A stretch of DNA of 63,579 nucleotides, the filler included, from Pelomyxa schiedti (lineage: Eukaryota > Protista > Evosea), in the NCBI GenBank assembly GCA_020536535.1. It is 10 parts of 10 records of this genome, joined end to end, with 100 filler letters (N's around TTAATTAATTAA, not from the genome) between each part and the next. Parts side by side here need not be neighbours in the genome. Positions count along the whole stretch, not along the records: positions 1 to 12,138 come from JAHLWZ010001222.1; positions 12,239 to 14,637 come from JAHLWZ010002009.1; 8 more parts are not named here. One strand, 5' to 3'. Below the pieces are notes generated by a model. The model made no database searches and was not told the DNA's origin. It saw only the letters and a list, made by a program, of their open reading frames with translations. This document shows, piece by piece, positions 1-13,465 of the stretch. The translations under genes were made by a program, and so were the position numbers. Positions within the stretch are counted from its first letter, which is position 1; each line of letters begins with the position of its first letter.

Positions 1-10
1 GTATTGGTGG

Positions 11-3000
11 TTAACTGAGTAACCCAGGGAAAGAGAAATTGAGCAGACCAGAAGATCCAATAAGAGTGTTGTTACTCTGTGAATAGGATTAGCCCTTAAG
101 CGCGAGTTCTTTACCGACTTACCCTCTCATGGAACAGGCATGAAGGAGCGGGAGAGAGGACTACGCAATGCGGATGTACTGTGAAGCATTGACAGTCTAT
201 ATGTTCATTAGTTGAAAGTAATCATAACATTAGGTTTTTGAGTGAAAATGTGCGGTTAAACACGCTTACTTTTACAAATAAGTCCGTTGGCTATTATGGA
301 GTGACCGCAGATATCGCACTGGTTAACTGGAGTCATCTTTTGAGGTTTCAGTTCATGTCCCAACTGTCCAGTCTCCCATACTGAGACCTTTCCACACACG
401 GAGCCTGCCTTAAATCAAAAAACTCACAGATGGTAATTACCGCAGGCGTACCTGAAAAAACTTTAAGTGGATAGGTCCTAGTGACAGGGTCAAATGTCGA
501 AATAGCAGTGAGGCACGATATTGTGTCTGGATGGGCATTGGGAATTTTCTTTTGGACCTGGCCGGTCTATGCCGGGTTGAGTGTGATCATCGTCTTATTT
601 TGGGGAAAAAGTACCTTTGCATTATACATGAGGAGGGATCTATCTGCCATTCCGAACCATACTTGCTCTCCAACGCCAACAAAACAGACGGCACCGCTGA
701 TTGGGAGAATAGTTTTCCGTAGACGCTGAATACTGTCCCAAACCTGCCAGTCCTATAAGATATTTATTCTCAAAGAGATGATCTTTACCTGCACAAAACT
801 GCTGTGTAGAGACCAAACATCAAACATTATAGCCTGCAGGGATATAACAGCTGTATCAGAGCCAAGCCCCACAAGACCCCCAACACCAATAACTTTCTGG
901 GATCGGTGTTCGATACATAAAAGTGTTGTTTGACACCCAACCCACACGTATTGACCAAAAAGAAGCATGCATGTTGGTTGCACATTATTGGGTAACACAA
1001 GAGTTTTTTCAAGTTTCTCCTTTCCCTGTAGAGTGTTGGTTGGAATAAGGTTATGGAAACATACCCTAATTGCATTCCACAAGCAAACGGAACTGTCATC
1101 AGAAATGGACCACATATGTGTGTTTACACGGAGAATACAATGTATTGGTCCTTTCACGTGACCCTTCAGTTCTTTCTGGAATGTTACCTGAGAGATTTAA
1201 CGTAAGTAACGATGTAATAGTGGTAAATAGACTGCCTCTTTATATAACTGAATGTTGGGGCTGGTTGTCCCTATCCAATGCACGTGCTCAGTTGGATTAA
1301 TGCACGTTACTATCTCTTTAGGAGGTGTCGAAATTCTTGTCAAGGGGGTTCCAGAGGTCTGGACACTGTTAGAACTGACAAATGAAGGGGCTGGACCTAC
1401 AGAGTGTATGCCGATACTACCCGATTTTGATGCAACCCACATGCTTCCCACTGAAACAGAAGCCAAGGCACTTACACCACCTTTTACAGTAAAGGTCAAG
1501 GTATTTGTGCCAGGGAGGAGTGGAGTAGAAGTAGATTCCGTTGGTGCTGGAGTAGGAGTCGAGGTGGATGTGGACGTTGAAGTGGTTGCGGTGGTAGTTG
1601 GGGTGGTTGGCTTTACAGCAGGTGCAGATGTTGTGCTTGGTTCAGGTTTTTGTGATTTCTTTTTCTTAGTTGTGTTTGTTCCTTTAGCGGGATGAGCTGC
1701 TTTATCTACTATGACAGGGTCTTCCACCTCGTGCTCGTGTATAAGTGTGTCAATATTATGCCGTACTTTTACTAGAAATGCATTTGTATTTGAAAAAGAA
1801 AGAAGGCGGGAGAATACATAAGGCATCTGAAACAGTGGGAGTTCCACCCAGTAAGGACAAAATGGATGAATCTCCTAATCCCAACCCAAGACCGACAACG
1901 GACATCATTGAGCTGGCAAGGGAGGAAGTGATGGCATCTACAGAGCTGGTTAGTAATAACTGGCTGTAAGAATTTACCATCATCTGATTCCTCTTGTTCG
2001 ATTGTACTACTTTTAGACAAAGTTGATTCTGGAGGGGGTATTTCTGGCAGGACTGGGGGAGGAGCTTCCGGTTTTGGAGGAGTTTGGACTGCCTGCTTAT
2101 CTGCATTGGCTACTGCTTGTTGTACCACTCGCGCCATTCGGGGAATATGAAAGAATGTAGACGCTGCAGAGAATAAATTACATGTGCATAGACAAGTGAG
2201 TTACTTTTGGAAAGACTTCGGAGATGTCTTACAGCTCCTCCTGATTGAGTTCTTCCAACAAGCAACTAATAAAGGTGAATAAATATTTGAGTCTCATGGT
2301 GCTAACAAGGGGGAAATGGTGCTTTCGAAACGATTCCGCATCACAGTAGAAATCGAAAAGGTTCGTTTCTTCTTTTCCTTCTGTAGCTGTAAGTCTACAT
2401 AAATTAGTCATCAGTATTACGCACTTTTGTCGAGGAAGGTGCGGAATTCCCTTCTGGAGGAGCTGTGTTTAATTATTTCGTTTAGTACTGGAGCTGGAGT
2501 TGTTGGGTTTAATTCAGTGTGCCATTCTTCCAACGAGAACTGCAATTTTCTTTTTGCCGTCTCCATCAGTGTCATCAGGGCAGACGCATTTATAGTGACA
2601 TCGTGGCTAACTTCAAGGGCCTTTGTAGCTTCGTCGGTATCAATTTCAGATGGCAACTTTCTGGAGGCAGATTTAGAAAGATAGCGCGAAACAAGCTTGT
2701 GTGCATCGTGGTGAATGGGATGACCCTCTCCAGAGGACATGGGCGAAGGAGAGGGTGATTTCGAAGATGGTGGGGTTACGCCTTCCAAAATAGGAGGAGG
2801 AATATTCTCATCGGAAGGAGGGGGTATATCCAAGGGGGGTGCTGGAATATCAAGTGCGAGAGAATGTTCCTCTATTTGCACAAGAGGAAGCGGAGGAAGA
2901 GAGGGTGGAGGTATGTCGGCCTTGGTAACTCCCTAAAAATAAGTGAACAGATAACCCCACATGGGCAACTGACTTTCTCTTTTAGGGTAGTAATCTCTAT

Positions 3001-4295
3001 TTTCATTTCATCAACTTGTTGGGTAGCAGACTCAAACTTTGTAACAGTATCTTTATACATCTGCATTAGACTGACAAGGTTCTCTTTAAGGACTGCAGCA
3101 TCTTTTTCTGCCTTTTTGGCTTGTAGCTTCGTTGGTAAACGAAAGGAAACACTGAAACCTACCTCTATCATCAGCGAGCGTGTGCTCTTGTTTTAATTCG
3201 AGGCATCTTTTCATTGCCACTTCGGAAGCACTCTTTGCCTCCGTCAATTCTATTTTCATCGACTCGTGAGTTGTGGTTACCTCAATGAAGCGTGATACCA
3301 TCATCAGCTTGTGTTTGGGGAAGCATTTCGACTCCCTTGACAGCCCCATCCTCAACTATAACCCGAATTCTGCAGTCATGTTGGCCAGTATAAGCCTACA
3401 AGTTGTTACCCCACTTACTATAAGATTGACATCACACCATTGATCTCTCCAGCTCGGAGGATTTGAGTTCTCTCTGGAGGTCGTTCAGTTGGCGAATGGT
3501 TCGAGCATGGGACTCCCTCTCTTCATTCAGGAGTTCTTCAAGCTTGGCTTTATCCTATAGTTTGTCATTATTATTTATGTGCTAGTCAGTCAACTTGTTC
3601 TATTGGAATGAGACAGGACTGTAGGCCTTTGAGCTGTTCAACAAACGCATCACGAAGTTGAGAGTTTTTTGCTTTTTCGGCAGCCACTTTTTCCTTCTCT
3701 TGAGCAAGTTCCTTTTTACAGATTAAAATATTAGACCGTATCCCACCAGCGACACACGGTGGCTAGAGCCTTTTTCTCCTTCTTATCTCTTTGCCACAGT
3801 TGGTGGTACAAAATCAACTTTTTTTCAGTAGCAAAAGTCTCAACAGCTGTTCAAAGTTATTATTAATTTCTCGAGGTTAGCTGGCACAAGTGACGGCCAA
3901 GGTCCCGACCAATCTAGTTACTACTACTAACTAATTATAATATACTAGAACATGCCTTGCTCTTCGCTGTCTTCCTCCGTCGTAATCACCTCCTCGTCCT
4001 CGTCATCCTCGTCGTCCTCGTCTTCGTCCACGCTGTCGCCCTCGCCCTCTTTCTTGGGGGGCACTTCTTCGTCGTCGTCGTCACCCTCCTCGCCGTCGGC
4101 GTCCCCTCCCTTGGCGGCTGTGGTTGTGCGTGGCGGTTGTTGTTGGTGTGGTGTGTCGAGCATTTGCTCGTCGTCGTCGTCGGTGGTGCCGCCCTCGCCG
4201 TCGTCGTCCTCTGCCTTGCCTTCATCGTCCTCGTCGTCGTTTGTTGCTGGGATGCTCGTCGGTTTTTTTGTGCGTGGTGCTTCTTCGTCAGACAT
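11..4295 (-). CDS. Multi-exon signalling protein: acidic N-terminus, coiled coil, RGS domain, Pro/Thr-rich linker, WD40-like propeller, C-terminal C1 zinc finger
   Basis: ATG at 4295 (MSDEEAPRTKK). RGS-like exons LNEIIKHSSSRREFRTFLDKS / EETNLFDFYCDAESFRK. Propeller-like segments (GSMWVASKSGSIGIH, THMWSISDDSSVCLWN, QYVWVGCQ). Spliced 3' exons read HELKPQKMTPVNQCDICGHSIIANGLICKNCQCFTVHPHCVVLSPAPSC (C1 pattern). The 3' end is uncertain: stop at 11-13 or beyond the window. Confidence 0.7.
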
Positions 4296-4614
4296 TTTGG
4301 TGTCAACGAACGAGCAGACTTCACGGAATACTGATGATGAGTACAATTCACTGTACTTAACGAAGGAGAAGGTGAGGGAAAGAAGTGAGATATAACCCTG
4401 GGGAGCCTGGGTCTGAGTCATGAAATTCGAATGACTCAGTTGGTACTATGAGATTTGGTTTTTCTATTTGCTTAGCAATTTCGTGATGTAAAGCCAAGTG
4501 CAGTTGTCGATTATTTTTTTGTTCATTTCTCGAACTTAATAGTGCTGCGACGCGCACCCGTATCGCCGATCTACACCCGCCTCGCCCCTCGCTGAGCGTT
4601 ATTATCGAACCACG

Positions 4615-5426
4615 ATGGTTGTGTTTTTGTGGCAACAAACGTTTGTGTTCGCAAAAAACGCCGTTTCGTTCTGTACCGTTTCGTATTTTTTTTTTTAGTA
4701 CAATGTGCAATCGCTGCGTTTTTTCAAACCACAACCACCTCTTTTTTGCGTTTTGGTACCTTGCACCAACTCGTCCTCCTTTTAGAGCAAAGCAAAAGCC
4801 GCCAAGAAGATCAACAAGGACGACGAGAAAATTGTTCGTCCTCAGGTTGCCCGTGATGAACTTGTTTTCGGAGTTGCTCACATTTACGCCTCATTCAACG
4901 ATACATTCGTGGTGTGTCTTCTTTTTTGTAACAGCAATTACTGTAGTAACTATATCACTCCATTTCCTTTAATTTAATGTTATATCCTCAACTTTGACAA
5001 CACAAATAACGTATTTACAGCACGTGACCGATATTTCCGGACGAGAAACCATTGCAAGAGTTACAGGTGGTATGAAGGTCAAGGCCGATCGTGATGAGGC
5101 ATCCCCCTATGCCGCCATGCTTGCCGCACAGGATGTTGCCGCCAGATGCCAACTCCTTGGTATCACAGCCCTGCACATCAAGCTGAGGGCTAAGGGTGGA
5201 AACGGAATCAAGACACCCGGCCCTGGCGCACAATCCGCACTTCGTGCACTTGCCCGCTCCGGAATGAAAATCGGACGAATTGGTGTGTAACCTTTTCCCA
5301 ATATTTGTTATTAAAGTTTAAACTCCTTTTCTTTTCCGCAACTGACAACTCTCAACAGAGGATGTCACACCAATTCCCACTGACAGCACAAGACGCAAAG
5401 GAGGACGCCGTGGTCGCCGTTTGTAA
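4615..5426 (+). CDS. RPS14: 40S ribosomal protein S14 (uS11), 4 exons
   Basis: Spliced translation M|[42 protein letters not shown]|[38 protein letters not shown]...[21 protein letters not shown]|[22 protein letters not shown], with GT-AG introns. Confidence 0.98.
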
Positions 5427-5588
5427 GCAAAAGTAATAACATACAGTGGGGTTTTTTTTTTGTCCCTTTGCTTTCTGTATTCTTTTTATCAAGCCAGGTT
5501 TATACCTGGGACTCAAAAATGTTGTAGAAGAAACCGAAAACAAAGCGCGGTAAAGACAAAACTAATTTTGTAGTTAACAAAGAGGTTG

Positions 5589-8500
5589 TTACATATCATC
5601 ATCTTCATCGGGCCTTCTATAGGACTGTAATAAATCCTGCAGCTGGTAATTGCTAGTTAATTCTGCGGCAAGGTTCCCGTCAGTGTTCCGTATGCTTGGG
5701 TCTGCTCCGGCCTGCACAATGTATATGTATTTTGTGGGTTGGGGGATTTTGTATTGGAGAGGGAGTATGCGGAATTGTTTTGTAATGGTATTGCTTATGA
5801 AAATTACATACCTCCAATAGAAGTCTGGAGATAACAAGTTGTTGCTCGCGCTCCCAGAATCCTTCAAGTGCCATAAGGTGAAGTAGGGATCCTCCTACAC
5901 CGTTGTACTCAACCCAGCCATTGGGGTCACAGCACTTCTTTATCAGAATATCAGCCAGTTCCTTCTCTGTTACTTTCTGGGCTTCCCACTCGGCGGTAGT
6001 CTGCCCAACACCAAATCCTGGCGCATTGTCTCCACTATAGTCTTCGCCGCTGGAATTTTGTTGCATGTGTCCAGTCAGCAGTCCAATAGCGGAAATTAGT
6101 GAAAGCGGGATAGTGAAGTTATTTTCCTCGTCAAACGCAACAGAAGGGAACAAGGAATCTGGGTGATGCTCAGTGAGGAACCTAAGGCCTTGTGGCTCAT
6201 GTAAACTCAACTGAGGGAAGCATTAGAACTTAGCCAAGGAGATTGTTTATCTAAAATATTAATAAATACACTTGATACTGGCCCGGACATCAACTTGTTC
6301 TCTGCTGGTTCCTTAACTGAGACATAGAAGTTGGAACAAAAATCGAATTTTGACATAGAAAGAGTTCGAAACATTCCCATGGAGCTGAGGGAGAGCGGAT
6401 CTGTGCATAATGAATAATAAAAAGCGAAGATGTTGTGCAAACCATTGGGACTTGCCATGAGAAATAGAGCCCCACATGCGCCACGAATGACAAAGTCACT
6501 GGAGCTGTGAGAACGAACCTCACATGTGCGATTGAAGTCAAAGTGGCAATCAATGAGGATACACGCAGAGGCCACAGAATACAGCGCTTGCCACCGTCAG
6601 ATCAATGAAGAAAAAAAAAAAAAAAAGGAAAGTACCAGGAGTTTCATCAAAGTGCTTCATATTATGTGTTGTTGGGTGGCTTGGTCCTGCCACATGAGCA
6701 ATGAAACAGGCGTCACACTGGTCAAAAGCAGAGCATTCCGTGCACCTTTGGCTATAAGGATATTGAATAAAAGATGCAGAGAACAATACGCATGGCGAAG
6801 TCCCGTGAATGCTCGCTTGTGGCATGTGGAACATATAACACCATAGTGTGGTCTTGATTCCTCTTTTGATATTTTATAAGGAAAAAAGGAACATGAACCT
6901 ATTTACCTTGTTTGAATTTCAAGGTGAGTACAGGCCCACAGGGACCTTTGTACCACAAATCATTCATGTATTGACCACTGTATAGCCTGTTTGGGTCCAA
7001 ACCATTTCGCAGGAGTACTTCAACAACTCTACTACCCCATCCACCTGAGTCTTAATGAGAGCCCGCACAATAAGACAAGAGTAAACCTCGGGGGAGATTG
7101 AGAATAATGAATACTCCTGCCGGCATAAATTCATCTTTATCCAGTTCCACAGTTTGATTCAAATCAAATCCTTTATGTAATTGATTTCTGGAAAGGTCAA
7201 GCAAACAGAATATGGATACCTCTAGTCACAGCTTCCACAATCATGTCTGGAGTGTCTACGATTTGCATGTCAGCCAATTGCTGCAGTAGCAAAGAGCCAC
7301 ATGGAACAGTGCATAATATATCTTTTGGTTTCTCAGGAGAAAGTAATTTCTTTTTAGATGATGTTGTGGAAGTGAGTTTGTTGGATGCTGGAATAAAAAT
7401 CGCTTGGTGAGAATTGAGATCAAGCCCTCTATCCAGAGCTAGGTTGAAAAGTTCTATTGCCTTGGAAATTGTCAGCATGGGGCAGAGCAACTGACAATTA
7501 GAAAACCTGTGGTCTGTACATGGTATCGTGCTCCAGTGTTTTGAAAGCATTGAAGGTAAATTCGAACATCCTGTTGGAAGTTGGATTTGTAGGGGGAGTG
7601 GGTTTGTTTATTGTTTTGGAGGATGTTGTTGGCTCCTGTGTGGCCACTGGGGTTTCTGCTGTTGTCGCTTTTGCTGTGTGAGTTAGTCAAGAAAGGGGAA
7701 AAAAAGGAAAAGAACCTAGGTGAAAGGGAAAAGCCTCTATTCGGGAATAGTAGTACCTCCACCCAAGGTCCTCATCAGGCGCATTCGCATTGAGGGATGA
7801 GAAGAGACTCACTATAGCAATATTTGGGGTGGGTTTGACTTGCCAATTTTACTATAATGCCTTATAACAATTCCCATTCCAACCAATAAAAATAATAATG
7901 CCCAAGCCAAATGACACACAGACACACAGACACAGACACACACAGACACACACGCACACCGCCGTTGGCCGGGAGCACAGACTTGGCTGGTGCAGAGGAC
8001 AGCGTCGGCGATAACGGTGGAGTAGATTCAAGCAACAGCGACGTGGGCAGATACAGCCCCCCGCCACCACCCTCACCGCCGCCACCATCGCTGCTAGACG
8101 ACGACGACGACCCGTCATCGTCGTCGTCTGTTAGGGCCCCTGCTATTGTGCCGAACTTCTTCATCTTCGTGGGCTTCCTCCTCATAAGCTTGATTTTTCT
8201 GCCGGCGGGCTGCACCATTTGCGTCGCGGCATCGTGCGCCCCGAACAGATGGTCGTCCTCGTCCTCGTCCTCGTCCTCGTCGCCGTCGCCGTCGCCGTCG
8301 CCGCCGGCCCCGCCGCCGCCGCCGCCGTCGGCCATGAGGCTCATGATGAGCTTCCTCTTGGCGTCGTCGCCCAGGCCCAGGGCCAGGCCCAGCGACGCGG
8401 ACGCGCCCCCGGCCCCGCCGTCGTCGCCGTCCTTGGCGGCGTCGTCCTCCCCGCCGCCGAAGCCAAACCCCCAGTCGTCTTCGTCGTCGTCGACGGGCGC

Positions 8501-8674
8501 CTTGAGCAGGACCACGTCGGTGTCGCCGGGCGCCACGTCGTCGGCGGCGGTAGGGGGGGCAGGGGCAGGGGGGGCTGCGGCGGACATGAAAGGGGCTGGC
8601 GTGGACGAGGTGGTTGCTGGTTCTTCGCGGCTCTGCTGCGGCTCTTCGCCATCGTCGTCGCCGGACAACGACAT
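5589..8674 (-). CDS. Multi-exon protein with Gly/Asp-rich N-terminus and C-terminal ankyrin repeats
   Basis: Start MSLSGDDDGEE (ORF 7862-8674). C-terminal exons GGSLLHLMALEG and AGADPSIRNTDGNLAAELT are ankyrin-like. Internal exon structure is approximate. Confidence 0.6.
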
Positions 8675-9226
8675 TCTGCTGATTGGCGATTCCGAAATGG
8701 GCTATCCTATCATCAAGCACATCCCTCCAAACTCCGGCTGAGGAACAACGAAGTAGTGGTGGGGGGAGTGCGCGGGGAGTGTGGGCTCTCGGTGGGGACC
8801 ACAATCAGAACTGGTGGCCACCAAACCGGTGCGGCTAACTTGGCCCACAGGCAAATTAGAAACCAAACTCAATGCAAGTTACTCCGGATAACTTTACCCC
8901 CGAAAAATAAAACATTTTTGCAAAAAACCCAACCTCAACTTTGTCGTGGCCGTTATGTTCGAGAAAGTTCAACTGGGTCAACCTGTAAATGTGAATCAAT
9001 GTAAACCATCTCGTGGGAGGGCGTGCCAGGGATGAAGGGAACGAACCACAATGTTTACAAAGCCTTGCTACGCACCTGAGGTTTGTTTGATATCACACAA
9101 TTCCAGATGCTTCCAAAAAAAAACCCCAAAACGAAACAGAAAACAAAAAACCACCACAACAAAAACAAAAAAAGAAGGACAAACGTGGCACCGAAAACCC
9201 GCACAACCAAAAAACCAAGGGTAAAG

Positions 9227-9633
9227 ATGGACGTTCCAATCTATAGTTCAATATTCGTCGCTATGGGTGCCTCATTTGCCATTTCGATCGTGTCCTTCCT
9301 CTACCCCGACGCGTCTGTAGTTGTCCACGTTTCCTACGGTGTGTACCATATTTTATTTTCCTGCACACCCTTAAATTTATGCAGTGGGATTGTTGCCCAT
9401 TCATTCCGCCGCCGTTGTGCCCGACGGCTCTTCAGGCCAACAGGTAGGCATAAAAGTTTGTTTTCATTTCTGACAGTGAATAGGACCCAACATCTTCCAC
9501 CGAATGTGCCGCCGAAGTAGCCTACGATGATACACCATCCCCCTAGGTATGTACAATCACTCTGATGCGTCTTGAATAATTTTGCGACAGGAACACCGTT
9601 TCGTCGGAGCTACAGCTCACTTGTGAGAGCTAG
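9227..9633 (+). CDS. Small (~90 aa) 4-exon protein with N-terminal hydrophobic helix, unknown function
   Basis: Three GT-AG introns splice into one open frame: MDVPIYSSIFVAMGASFAISIVSFLYPDASVVVHVSY|VGLLPIHSAAVVPDGSSGQQ|DPTSSTECAAEVAYDDTPSP|RNTVSSELQLTCES*. Confidence 0.6.
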
Positions 9634-9812
9634 CCTCCGATCCTGGATGTAAATACCAGCTGCCGTATAACAATAGAAATTTTCTATTTAATGAATTCTT
9701 CGTTTACACATCGTAATGCCAACAAATTCACCATTACGATGTGTGACGATAATAACAATAAAGAGTTTCTATTTTATTGTATTCTTTGACATTTCTTCGG
9801 ACAGAAAAAACT

Positions 9813-10719
9813 CTACGAGTTTTCCTGTGTGAAGGTTAGGTGGGAATTCCTAGGAATAGCATGAGACACATACGGTAACGGGGGTCTCAGCAGGTGTTTC
9901 AGCTGCCGGGGTGGGTTCTGGCTCAGCGGGGGTTGTTGTGGGTGTTGGCTCTGGCTCAGTTGCCGGTGTGGTTGTTGTTGTTGTGGCTGGGGTCTCCGCA
10001 GGAGTGGTTGTAGTAGCGGGGGTGGTGGCCGCGGGTGTTTCCGCCGCGGCGCCCTCAGACCCGGGTGTGAATGCCTTCCAGCTGTTGTTGTTGTTATATT
10101 ATTGTTGGGAGGGAAGAGGAGTAACAGTTAGTATAGAAGGAAGCGGGAGTTTAACGCCACATTATTAACTACTATATATATGTTGTGTAGGATACTTGGC
10201 GGAGTGCTTCTTGTGTCCAAAGGCCTCATCGTAGTTGCCCTTGGTCTTGAAAAGCTGCTCCATGTGGGGCTTGCAATAGTACTTCCTGTGTGCTGTGAAA
10301 AACCAAGAATCGAACAGAAAACAAGAATGATGTATGTACTCGTGGAGAATTGACCATCCTGATGTCGGAAGTACTTTGTTGCACTCTGTGCATCGGAAGC
10401 ACGCTGTAATATGTGTTAAGTACGTGGAATAAGTGTAAATATAAAGGAAAATAATTTACTCCTTAGGAAATGGGCATACTTTTGTGGAACACGTCTTTGT
10501 TGGCAGCGGCTACTCGCTCGAGTGGGTAGACCGTCTAATAAAAAAACGAGTTGATTTCCATATTTTCTTCATTATTAGTGTCATAGGGACATAGTTTCTC
10601 ACGTATAACCGAATATTAATATTTATTAGAATTTGAAGAGGACGCTGAATGAAACAAAACGGGGTGAAAAAAATGAAAGGTACCTTCTGGCAGGCTTTGC
10701 ACTTTTCTCGTCCAGACAT
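9813..10719 (-). CDS. Single LIM-domain protein with Thr/Pro/Ala/Glu-rich tail (LIMA1/WLIM-type LIM)
   Basis: Spliced MSGREKCKACQK|TVYPLERV...VFHK|ACFRCTECNKVL...|YYCKPHMEQLFKTKGNYDEAFG, followed by TPAETP repeats and ENS*. Confidence 0.9.
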
Positions 10720-11384
10720 TCCCGCGGTTTAATGTTTTGTTTCGGTGGTGGTACAGCCCTGGTGTTACTTCTTTCTTTTTTTTCCTTTCCGGAAACAAAC
10801 GCCAAAAATTTGCACCGACATTAACGGAAATCTTTTTCAAGCAATGACACACAGAGGCAGCAAAAACACCCTATCTTTGACCAATTCCCTGATCCCTCAC
10901 TTTGGTGTTGGTGATACCCTTGCCTCATTCTTTGCTACTTTCCAGAGTCACCATCCATTTAACAAGAAACAATACTGATCCACACCCCTTGGGACCCAAG
11001 TTGATGTCGGGCGCCGCGCACCCGTATAACCCCCACACAATGACTCCTCTCCCACACACACAGTATAATAACAACCCACCCCCAACACACACAGCGAGGA
11101 ACGAGGCGAACAACCACAGCCACAACCACAACCGCATGCGCCGTCGCAGTCAGAGTACAACGACGCACCACCCCCTAACGTAATCGCCATGAGGGTGGCT
11201 GCACTACGTAGGCACGCTGACATGGTCAGGCCCAACAACCAGCAGCCACAACAGGACCCATAACCCGCAACACGGCGGCACGCAATTGTGGGAGCCTCGT
11301 TGTTTGTGAATGAAATACGCGCTCCTGTCAAGTGTTTTATTAAGAAAATAGTTTTATGATTAAAAGAGGGTACGATGGTGCATT

Positions 11385-12138
<754 letters not shown>

Positions 12139-12238
12139 NNNNNNNNNNNNNNNNNNNNNNNNNNNNNNNNNNNNNNNNNNNNTTAATTAATTAANNNNNN
12201 NNNNNNNNNNNNNNNNNNNNNNNNNNNNNNNNNNNNNN
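12139..12238. other. Artificial contig linker N44-TTAATTAATTAA-N44 (also at 14638, 39806, 42708, 44731, 47593, 50921, 58588, 62092)
   Basis: An identical 100-bp spacer with stops in all six frames occurs nine times. Confidence 0.97.
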
Positions 12239-12521
12239 GCTCAGACAAGCGACGTGGGCGCTTGCGTGAAGTCTGGTCCGGTTGCTCAGCGATTCCACTC
12301 ACACCCATCAGCCCCAGCACTTGTGGCTGTGTTGTGAATGTCTGCTGTGGTGGTAGTGGCAGTGGCAGTGGTTGTTGTTGCTGCTGTTGGGCTTGGTGTA
12401 GTAGTGTGAAGTAATCAGGTGTTGTGATGCTGTTGTTATTTGTGTAGGTTTGTTGTTGTTGTGAGCTATTAACATTTCCAAACCCCATATTGGCATCAAT
12501 AACACCGCGTGGATAAATCAT
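12239..12521 (-). CDS. 5' fragment of a Gln-rich low-complexity protein with NLS-like RKRPRR (truncated by linker)
   Basis: ORF MIYPRGVIDANMGFG...QQQQQQPLPLP...SRKRPRRLSE then Ns. It may or may not join 11385-12138. Confidence 0.45.
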
Positions 12522-13018
12522 CGAGTTTCTGTAACACGACAACACACATACGTTTGGTTAATTGTAAACAATAGTTATTGTATTTGTTACCTAAAGGTGT
12601 TTTCGTTTTTTCAGAAAAAAAACCTTTGTGTAACAACAGGAGACGACGTATCAATATAAAACTATATTGATATATCCACTACTGCTGGTCGTCGTTGTTT
12701 GATTAGGAAACCAAGAGGGCCGCAACCAATCGCCGCACTTGATTCGCTTTTCCTCTAACGTGAAGAAAGAAAACAATATCAACGCACAGATCTCTCAGGA
12801 CCCACTACCTTGGTGGTTCCTCCTCGGTGATTAATTGCTGAGGTACCATCAGAGGTACCACAATTTCCCAATGTTTTTTTGGGAGAAAGTTTCTCTGAGG
12901 CACTCAGAGAAGTACCAACTTGGCTGGTGTATGGACAGGTGAGTTGGTACAAGTGAAACCGTGATCCACGATTTATAAGGTACGTTTTCGTTCATAATAA
13001 GAAAAAACCACAAGTTGA

Positions 13019-13288
13019 ATGGCAAAGAAGTGTCATGTTGATGGCTGCACGAACGATGCAGTAAAGCATGGCAGGTGCAAACACTGCCGAAAGCACGGCA
13101 TTCACAGACATGCCAACAAAGCAAAAAAGTGTGTCTCATCTTCATTCACTTCTTGTTGTATTAACGGTAATATCCGTAGTAGTTGGAGGCACAAGCTCCT
13201 TGGAAAAGGAAAGAAGCACAAAGATGCTAAGAAGTACCTCAAGATGGCTGCTGAGTATCTCCCGATTATTATCTCGGCTCTCTCTTGA
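13019..13288 (+). CDS. Small basic Cys/His-rich protein (C-x4-C-x9-C-x2-C zinc-finger-like)
   Basis: MAKKCHVDGCTNDAVKHGRCKHCRKHG; likely intron gtgtgt...gtag at about 13129-13182; Lys-rich C-terminal part. Confidence 0.55.
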   Translation: MAKKCHVDGCTNDAVKHGRCKHCRKHGIHRHANKAKKCVSSSFTSCCINGNIRSSWRHKLLGKGKKHKDAKKYLKMAAEYLPIIISALS

Positions 13289-13465
13289 AGTTGCTGAGCA
13301 TAATGTGACCAACAAAATAAAACTTTTTCTATTGCATGACACCCCATCTATTGCTACTTGTTCATTCAATGAAAGATGATGGAAAAAGTTCATCTAGAAT
13401 TATTTGTTTGGGTGAATTGGTTTACATAAAAAGAAGGGTGAGGAGTTGAAGGCCAGTGTCAGTGA

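Noticed and set aside
7911-9004. Long overlapping antisense and alternate-frame ORFs (also at 3952-4395, 21106-22563, 36639-37390, 53169-53908)
   Set aside because: These are shadows of GC-rich low-complexity coding sequence on the other strand or frame.
11006-11183. His/Asn/Pro-rich short ORF MSGAAHPYNP
   Set aside because: Low complexity with no supporting motif; cannot be distinguished from chance.
12139-12238. Recurrent TTAATTAATTAA palindrome as a biological repeat or CRISPR-like array
   Set aside because: It is always centred in N44 flanks: an artificial six-frame-stop linker.
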